Shown: positions 24,622 to 33,600 of the stretch, piece by piece
How the letters are laid out: each line of letters starts with the position of its first letter
Position numbering within the stretch: the stretch's first letter is position 1
NCBI RefSeq assembly: GCF_001194135.2
Contig: NC_068982.1
Span: 37,534,963 to 37,571,419, forward strand
DNA: 36,457 nt
Source of the DNA: Octopus bimaculoides
Taxonomy: Eukaryota
Direction: 5' to 3'
Program-made: the position numbers and the translations under genes
Notes under the pieces: generated by a model
Databases searched by the model: none
Told to the model about the DNA's origin: nothing
The model's input: the letters and a program-made list of their open reading frames with translations, nothing else

Positions 24622-27600
24622 AATTTTAGTCATGCTAAATCTATTATGAATGTCAGCATCTTAATTTACCAATCCCTTATTTTAACTGAGAATAATTGGT
24701 AGGTGTATTGAATTGACATATCATTATAACTAGTCAAAGTGTTTTAGATATGAAATGAAAAGCAAAAAAACTTGTTAGTGTAAGAGATTTTTCTATGTAT
24801 TTATTCTTAACATCCAAATTCTGAAATTATCTGCTAATTTTGAAATTATCTTTTAAATCTTGAACAGAATAAAGAAGAATCTAAATTTGATCTTCTCAAT
24901 ATTCCTGATGAAATGCTTACCATTGAGCAACAAGCAGCTAAAAGGAAACAGCATATTCTGAAGGCTGCTCAAGAAGGCCAGGCACAGGCTCAGGCTTTAC
25001 AACAAGCTAAAATCCAAACAGTATGGTTTTATTTATATTTTTTTAACATGCTGTACTGAATTAATTCCTGCACATCTTTCTATATCTTGTATATAGGTGT
25101 TTTTTTTTCAACATATTTTGTTATCTAATGACTAGTAGTATATGTCATTGTTGATTCTTCATACAATTGTCAAGAAGAATATAGATTATCATTTTGATTT
25201 CCGAGGAGGAAGGCAAAGTAACCTCAATGGAATTTGAACTCATCATAAAGGCACATGTCAAATGCTACAAAACATTTTATCTGTCACTCTACTGATTCTG
25301 CCAATCCCTATAAGATTTACCTTCAATATAAATTAGAATAAAATATTGCTGATAGAACAGATTTTGAATTGGTCATTTCACAATGGAGTGAACAGAAGTG
25401 AACATATGTGAGTTATTCATTTAACATGAAGTGAACATATTTGAATTAATGTAAATACTTCCAGTTGCATAATCAAACATGCTAAGATTCCTAAATATCA
25501 TAGGTTACATGAAATACAACTAACTTCATTTTTTTCTTTCTTCCTACAAGTTTTTTACACAGCTGTATAACTTGGCTATAATTTAACTCAAATTTTTATC
25601 ACTTAGAATTATACTCTTCTTTTCTTTCTATTTTATACTAACTTTCCTGTTCTCTATCTGTTTAACTATTCTTCCCCAATTTATTGCAATGTGTTGCCAA
25701 TTATTTATATTTACTCCCCATTTATTTTCCATGCCAGTCATATCTAAATTTATTGACTAGTGTTAGAAAGAACAAAACTAAGACCATTCCATAAATTTTA
25801 CTTATAAATCTAAATTTAATGTCATTTCAACATTATTGTTTCCTTTTTTTTTTATGTCAACTCATTTATTTATTTTTAACTTTTCAAGGAAGTTGCAGAA
25901 GAATTACTTATGGAGCAAAAACGTCTGACTGATTTTGACAGTTGGTTATATGAAGTCAGGCAGAAGCGAAAGGTAAAGTATTTTGTTGGCAACTTAAGCC
26001 AATTTTTATTGACGATATGTATCAACTGCCTAAAGAATCTCAATTATATGCTTATTATATCTACATCATTTAGAACTTATTGGAATCTCGGACTAACCGA
26101 CGACAACGCAAAATAGACATGGCCAAACGAAGGACACTAGCCTCTCAGCAAAGGATGAAAATTATCTCCCAACTCGCACAAAGTATGTTTTATTTTCTGA
26201 TTGTTATTTAAAATAGTTGTTTTTTCTCTCTGCATTGATTCTTTGTAATGTATTTTAACTTAGTAATTGCAGTTGTTACCTATGCAGTATGACATTTTGT
26301 GTTGAACAGGCAGCATATATGCCACATTTTTATCCATTTAATGGCAAATGTATCACAAAAGCATTTATGCACACAGGAAAAATAACACCAGCAGATGGTA
26401 TAGAAAAAGAAGTGTATTGGGATCATGGAAAATACATTTAAAATTAGACATTACATTCACTCCTTTTTTACATTCAGACACAGAATTAAATCTACCTATC
26501 TCAGTACTCTTAGAGTAGGTTTCTCCTATCTTTGACTCCTCCCCTGTATGTTATGTTCAGCATTAATCATTTTTCCTTTTTGTTACCTCCTTCTCCACCT
26601 TCAATCTTTATCATACACTTTTCACAATACTCTCCTTTTGGTTTTTTTTCCCCCTTGTTTTAGCTTTTTCCTTATGATGAATCTGCAAATGGTGCAGTGA
26701 CCATATTCCTCACTGTGAATATAGTGTGTGTTTGTGTGTGTGTGTGATTGCAATGTCAGCTGTAAAACACAGTGGTGGTGGTGGGGCATTGAAATTAAAT
26801 AAATCTTTTGTTATAGATTGTCTCAACATACTGAAACCTACAACAGATCATTACAAGACTTGCATTGAGATAAGTAAAAAGTGTGTTAAATAGTTATTTG
26901 AAAGAACAAAACAAATATCCTGAAACAAATAGTATTGAATTGTTTTTTGTAATTATCTGTCGGCTTGAAGGTCGTGAAAAGTAAATTGTAAATTCATATA
27001 TAAAAAAAGAGTTCTCTTTATCTTTCAGATAACAAAAAACAAAAGGATGATAATTTTGGACAGAATGATGCTGATTGGGATGTGTACAAGGAAATTGTGA
27101 GTATTATTCTGGATGAAAATGAAATTTTCACAGACACCTTATCTTTTACTTGTTTTAGTTATTAGACTGCAGCCATGCTGGAGCACCACTGGGAAGGTTG
27201 TCAAGTGGTGATGAGGGACAAACACAAAAACACTTTTGCAGAACAGTGAATCTCAAAGCACAGGAAGCTATAAGTAATCATGTGTAAATATTGGGTTTAA
27301 GAATATAAAAAAATCCTTGGCTAGAAAAAGTTGAAAGCTACATGGAGGACACGAACCCACATCTCATGCAAAGATTTTTGTATTCCATTATTTACACACT
27401 ATTATTTGAAGATTTATGTGCTTCGAGATGCACTGTTCCAAAAAACAATTTTCATATTCTCTCAAAAGAATCTAAATTCTTATGTCAATAATACACACAC
27501 ACACACACACACAAGCTTCCAAACAGTTTCCGTCTACCAAATCCATTCACAAGGCATTGGTCAACTTGGGGCTATAATAGAAGACAACCAACATGCCATG

Positions 27601-30600
27601 CAGTGGAACTGAGCCTGAAACCATATGGTTGCAAAGTGAGTTTCTTAATCATACAGCCATACCTATGCTTATGTTAATTTTTTTCACTATTTTTCTAAAT
27701 ATCTACATAATGTATAAACATACAGAAAAAAAATATCTTGTTTATAGACTCCTTATATTTCTTTGGGTCTTTTTTTAATTTTTTGTGAGTTTGTTCTGTG
27801 TGAATGATTGTATTTTTCTTTTAGAATCCTGATGGTGGAGATACTGATTCTGAGGTTGAGGAGGAACAACTAGAAGAACTTGAAACAATGTTGAGGGAAC
27901 ATGATCCTGAATTTCTTAAGTAAGTACCTGTTTCTACAATTTTTTTCCCCTTTTTGTATATTAATGGGCTTAAAGGGTAAAGACACCCTTCAGTCATGAA
28001 TGACCATGGGATTGCACCTAGGAAGTTCCCCTCCCAGGCACAAGTCTGGGCAAGCTTGTTTATGGAAGACCAGCAGTCGCCCATACATACTAATCTCCCC
28101 TCTCCATGCTTTCACTGTTTTAGTTGTCTATGTAGACATGCACAAACATAGATACTCTCTTGGCCCAACCATCTTTAATCCTGTGGAACAATGAGTACAT
28201 AACGGCTTACAAGAGAGAAGGCAGCGAAGCAATTTGAAAATGTGCCTTGCTCAAGTGCACAAGGTGCCACCCAATCCAGATATCAAACCCATGACCTTAT
28301 TATGAACACAACACTCTAACCACTTGGCCATGCTCCTTCATTATATAAGCAACAACAAATTTTTGTTTGTTCACAATGCTTAATTCTACTGTTACCTGAA
28401 AAAGAGTTGTCTAGAAATTAAATAACTGGAATTGAATAATAAGTTTCTGAATTCCAGAAGATAATCAATATTAAGTGAATCTGATATTTTAGTTTCGTTT
28501 GGTGTGAAAGCAGGTAAATGCATAATGTTTATAAAATTGAACTATTAATCTCCCCATAATATTGCTTCATTGATAGATTTTTTATCCTCACATTTGTCCC
28601 TTTGTATACTTTGTGTTTTGTGTCCTTTTATTTGTAGGTTAAATTTGCAATCATCGTTTTGTGGCTATATATATGTGTGTGTGTGTATGTATGTGAATAT
28701 TCTTCTGATTCATTATTCATCTGCTTATGTTTGATATAATGATTTGTTGTCTCTCATTAAAAAAATTCTTTTAAATTTTCAATGCAGTTAATGTTTAATA
28801 ATTTTAAGAGAATTAGAACCTGTCTTCTTAGACTGAAGCAAATGTCTTGAAATTTATTTAGTCATTTTCTTTCAAGTTGAAATTTCTGTGTTTATTATTA
28901 GGGAACTCGAGGAAAATGCTGGAATTGGAGAATTTGATATTGCTGAATATTACCGTCTCCATTTGGGAGTAGAAAGAATCAGGTTAGTTTTCTTCCTCCT
29001 GTATGTCTCATCTTTTATTTGCTAGCTTTACACATCCAGTGGTACCTTCTCATTTCATTTCTTTACAACCTTTGCATATCTTCCATTGTCAGTGCTCATG
29101 ATTTACTACCATGTAATACCCTACTTCATTCACAAATATCATACAATCTATTCTTCACTTGTTGAAAGTTTTTGTTGCCAATATAGATAATAGTTCCCAG
29201 AACTATTCCCATTTTTCTCTTTCTCAAGCTATTATGCTTTCAAAATACTCCATGGTTAATTAGGTGACATAGGTAACAAGATGTCGAGTAGTTTTAAAAA
29301 AGATCCTTCCAAGTATTTGGAAGACTTGATTTCATGAATGTTCTGCTGACTGCTCCTGCACACCTGCAACACATGAAGCCTTTCTGTTTTTTTAGCTTAC
29401 AAGTGATGCTACCTTATCTCTTGTGCACCTAAGTTTTTACAATGGATACACTATATAGAATTCATGCTTACTCTTTTTTTTGCATATGAAGCATAGGCAC
29501 TTCCCATATGGCAAAGTTCTATATTTTTTCTAGGTATTCTTTTAAACTTCTTCTTTTACATTTGGAACTTTTTCTCTATTCTTTGATTTGTTTACCTATA
29601 AGAAGTGGGTTGCTAGGATACAGGACTTCATGTGGGCAGCTAAACTATAGTAGACAGGAGTGGGTTGAAAACTGAGCCATTCATAGAGGATAACACCATT
29701 CTTTGCTTGACTATACGAGTGACATAATTTGTCATATATTTTTTGCAACTCAATGGCTGTTCTAGATAATCTCTGCCTTTATATTTTTAATGATTCATTT
29801 GACTGTACAGCTCTCAACCTCAATAGTTCTTTTGAGTTTACTTGATGTACTCTCTATTCTATACATTCTCCTTATTCGTCAGCTTTTCATACCAACATTT
29901 CTATGTCTTTTTTTAGCTCTATGTTACTATCATTATCATCATTTAGCATTCGTTTTCCATGATGGCATGGGTTAGATGGCTTGACTAGAACTGGTAAGCT
30001 GGAGAGCAGCACCAAGCTGTTTTGGCTTGGTTTCTATGACTGGATGCCATTCCTGATGCCAACCACTCCACAAAGTGTAGTAGGTGCTTTTTATGTGTCA
30101 CTGGCTTAGGTGCCTTTTACATGTCACTGATACTAGCCATTACAATTTCACTTAGCTTGACATGTCTTCTCAAGCACAGCATTTGTCATCGCTTCTGAGC
30201 AACATCTGAAGATTATATTTCACCACGTCATCCCATATCTTCCTGGGTCTACCTCTTCCACTGGTTCCCTCCACAGTTAGATTGGTACTTCTTTACACCG
30301 CTGTCCTTGTCCATATGCAATTACATACATATTTTTCATCAGTAACATCTTAATTTACACTGATGTACTGCTTTACAACTGAAGACTCCTCTCTCCTTTC
30401 TAAGTATACATGGTGTATAGTTTTTATGGCTGTATCTGATGCACCATTCACCACCATGTCACCTTCAGTCTCGCTAGAATCTTGCTTTATCTATAGATAT
30501 GGGCTGTGTCTGTTAGCTTATTTTGAAACATCTAGTTCTCTTTGTTTCTTTCTTTGTTTCCTAGTTTTCTTTCTCATCCTCCTCCTCAACAAAGATATTA

Positions 30601-33600
30601 CTTACTACATTTTTGAACTTATACATCTTATTTATTGAAATTACTGCAGAGTTCCAGAGCTATTATTCCAGCCTTCTATGATTGGAATTGAACAGGCTGG
30701 TCTTTCAGAAATGGTTGATTATGTATTGAAAAAATGTTCTCCATCTGAACAGAATGCCTTGGTTCAGGTAAGTCCTTGTAAAATTACTACTACATTACAG
30801 ATATTTTGTAATCTGTAGCATATTGTACACATTGATTCATGATTATCAGTATGGTGGCAACAAGAAAATGTAGTAATGGCTTGTACAGGCAAGGGAATTT
30901 AGTATGCAACAAGGTTCTGTTCTTAGCCACTTTTTTATTCATTATCTTTCTGCAGGCTGTCACAAAAGAGTATGGACTTGGTTACTTATGGAAACGCCTT
31001 TATGCAAATGAAAAGATTTTTATAGTAAAAATTCTATCAAAGAACTACAGAATAAGTCTGAAACAACCAAATGAAAGTTTACTGATGTATATGTAAGAAG
31101 TAGGCAAAAATTTAATGTTACCAATACAGTAAGATGATTGCTGTTGGATTGTCATTTTTGTACAGCAAAGGATATGCTAGCTGCAACCAAGAAATCTTGC
31201 AACATGAGACATGATCTAAAGATCTTGAACCCCTTAGACAGTTTGCTAGAAGTAGTATATAAGATTCTAAGTGACCATCATTAATGATTAACATGATTAA
31301 TATATTTGGTAATAGCAAAATGGCTAAGTTAGATAAGATAAAAAGTTTCATGACTTGATAGAAGGCTTCTGACTTTGAATGAAGGATAAATTGCATATGT
31401 AGTATACACTGAAACCTGAAGAAGAATAAGATGATTATGAGCTGATAAATGTGCATGAGTAGAGTGAGTGCAAGCAGTTTGGGAATATGTTTAACAATTT
31501 CAGCAGGGATATATAGTGTTAATAGAGAATGTATTGACGAAAAGGGTCTTGTTGTAAGCATAGGTGTAAGAATACTTGATAGAAAATTATTACATTTGAC
31601 ATAACTGAACCTCAGAGTAAATCATGCAAGGTTGTAGAAGGCTGGTTTTGTAAAGCCTTCAAGCCTACACTGGGAGACCCACCCATGCACCCCATCTCAA
31701 TCATGATATTACTAACAGAAGCCTAAACATGGAACTCAGTGCAACTAATTGTATGAACAATCAAGAACTGTAACTGTAGATAACTTGATGGATAACCAAC
31801 TAGCTCATAGTCCTTGAATTAAAATCCACTACAGATATTTTGTGTGTATCTGTATAATACACTCAATTATGTGTGCCTCAGTTCAACTAGTTGCCAGGAA
31901 TAGGTACCAGGTCATCTGGGAATGTTACCTGGGATAGGAAATCATCAACCATTTGTCTTAAATAGCTCCTTACATCTAAGGAGACAATGTTAATCATCAT
32001 CATCATCATCATCATCAGCATGGGTTGGACGGTTTGACTGAGGACTGGTAAGCCAGAGGCTGCACCAGGCTCAATCTGATCTGGCAAAGTTTCTACAGCT
32101 GGATGCCCTCCCTGATGCCAACCACTCTGAGAGTGTAGTGGGTGCTTTTTACATGCCATCGGCACGAGGTCCAGTCAAGTGGTTCTGGCAACGACCACAC
32201 TCGGGCTCAAAAGGTGTTTTTACGTGCCACCTGCACAGTAGCCAGTCCAGCGGCACTGGCAATGACCATGCTCGAATGTTGTTTTACACGTGCCACCGGC
32301 ACATGTGCCGGTAAGGCAGCGCTGGCTATGATCATACTCAAATGGTGCTTTTCACGTGTCACCAGCACAGGAGCCATTCCATGGCCCTGGCAACGGTCAC
32401 GCTCGGATGTGCTTTTAACATTCCACTGGCACAAGTGCCAGTCAGGTGGTATTGTCATCGGCCACGTCAGTGATTTTGGTTTATATTGGTGTTTTATTTC
32501 TTATTAAGGAACTTTGTGATGAAATGGAGATGAACTACATATTTTCACTTAACATAGTTTCTGGTTTCAAACACTTATCAGAATTGTTTTTTTGTTTTTT
32601 TTTAACCTTCAAATTTTATTTTTAATTATTTCCCCTGGGTACCTAAAATGCAATTTGTGGGAAATACATGACTTGATAGGACAGAAATCATGTAATTTTA
32701 TGTTTATCAGAAAGGAAATAAAGGTAATAATACATATTTAATAAAAGCTATTTTATTTTCAGTGTGTCTTCCTGACAGGATCAAATGCCATGTTTAATAA
32801 TTTCAATAAAAGAATGGAACGAGATCTTCTTGCCATACGTCCATTTCAGACCACATTCTCTGTCTATCGTGCAGGTAAAAAACTTTAAATTCTCCAGATA
32901 TTATTTCAGTGTTTAATATTTTGAAACCTTAATTTATTTGTGGACAATTTAGACAATCAATATTATGCATGCACACGCACACACTCACATGCATGCATGC
33001 ACACATACACAGCATTTGCACTAAGTTCCCAAGATGGTAGGAAATATTTGTGAAGACTATCAGCTACGTATACCTCAAAATATCAAGCCGTTTTCTTACG
33101 GGGCAGAATATTGAATAGAACTGTATATAGTGTCATTTTTGAAAATTTTATTGTGAAATCCTTTGAGATTAAATATTCACCTTGTACTAGATGTTAGCAT
33201 ATAGGTTTAATGATATGGTTGCATATTTACTGCCATAGGCAGCTTATAGTGAGAACTGGTATTCTTGTTCCATTCACTAACTGTATGAACCTGTTGTATT
33301 TATTTACAGTTAGGTGAACTGAAATACAAACTGTTGAGCCTCCAGAGGGTTGTGCAACACAGGGATCATAGTCATCTGTGACTCTCTTGGATAGAAATCA
33401 CAAACTATAGACAAATACCTTTTATCATAAAGTTCAGTGTTTAGTTAAATGTTTCTTCAAATGTAAGCACAATGAGAGAGTGCACATTGTTGGATTTATT
33501 TTACTGGTGATTGTAAATATTTTATTTAAATGCATTAAAAAAGAAGAAATTTTTGAGCAGTGCATTTGATATGTTGCTAAAAGTAGTACTGCTTTTAGCA

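Noticed and set aside
30355-30492. Minus-strand open frame [22 protein letters not shown]... as a possible further nested-gene exon
   Set aside because: Weak acceptor, ambiguous donor, adjacent to RTE debris and 20 kb from the nested exons.
31118-31561. 147-aa Leu/Ile-rich minus-strand ORF
   Set aside because: No motif or convincing splice sites; probably AT-bias or a decayed repeat.
31887-32507. ORFs of 83-121 aa on both strands
   Set aside because: They lie in (CAT)n and the RTE 3'UTR minisatellite; poly-Met comes from (ATG)n.
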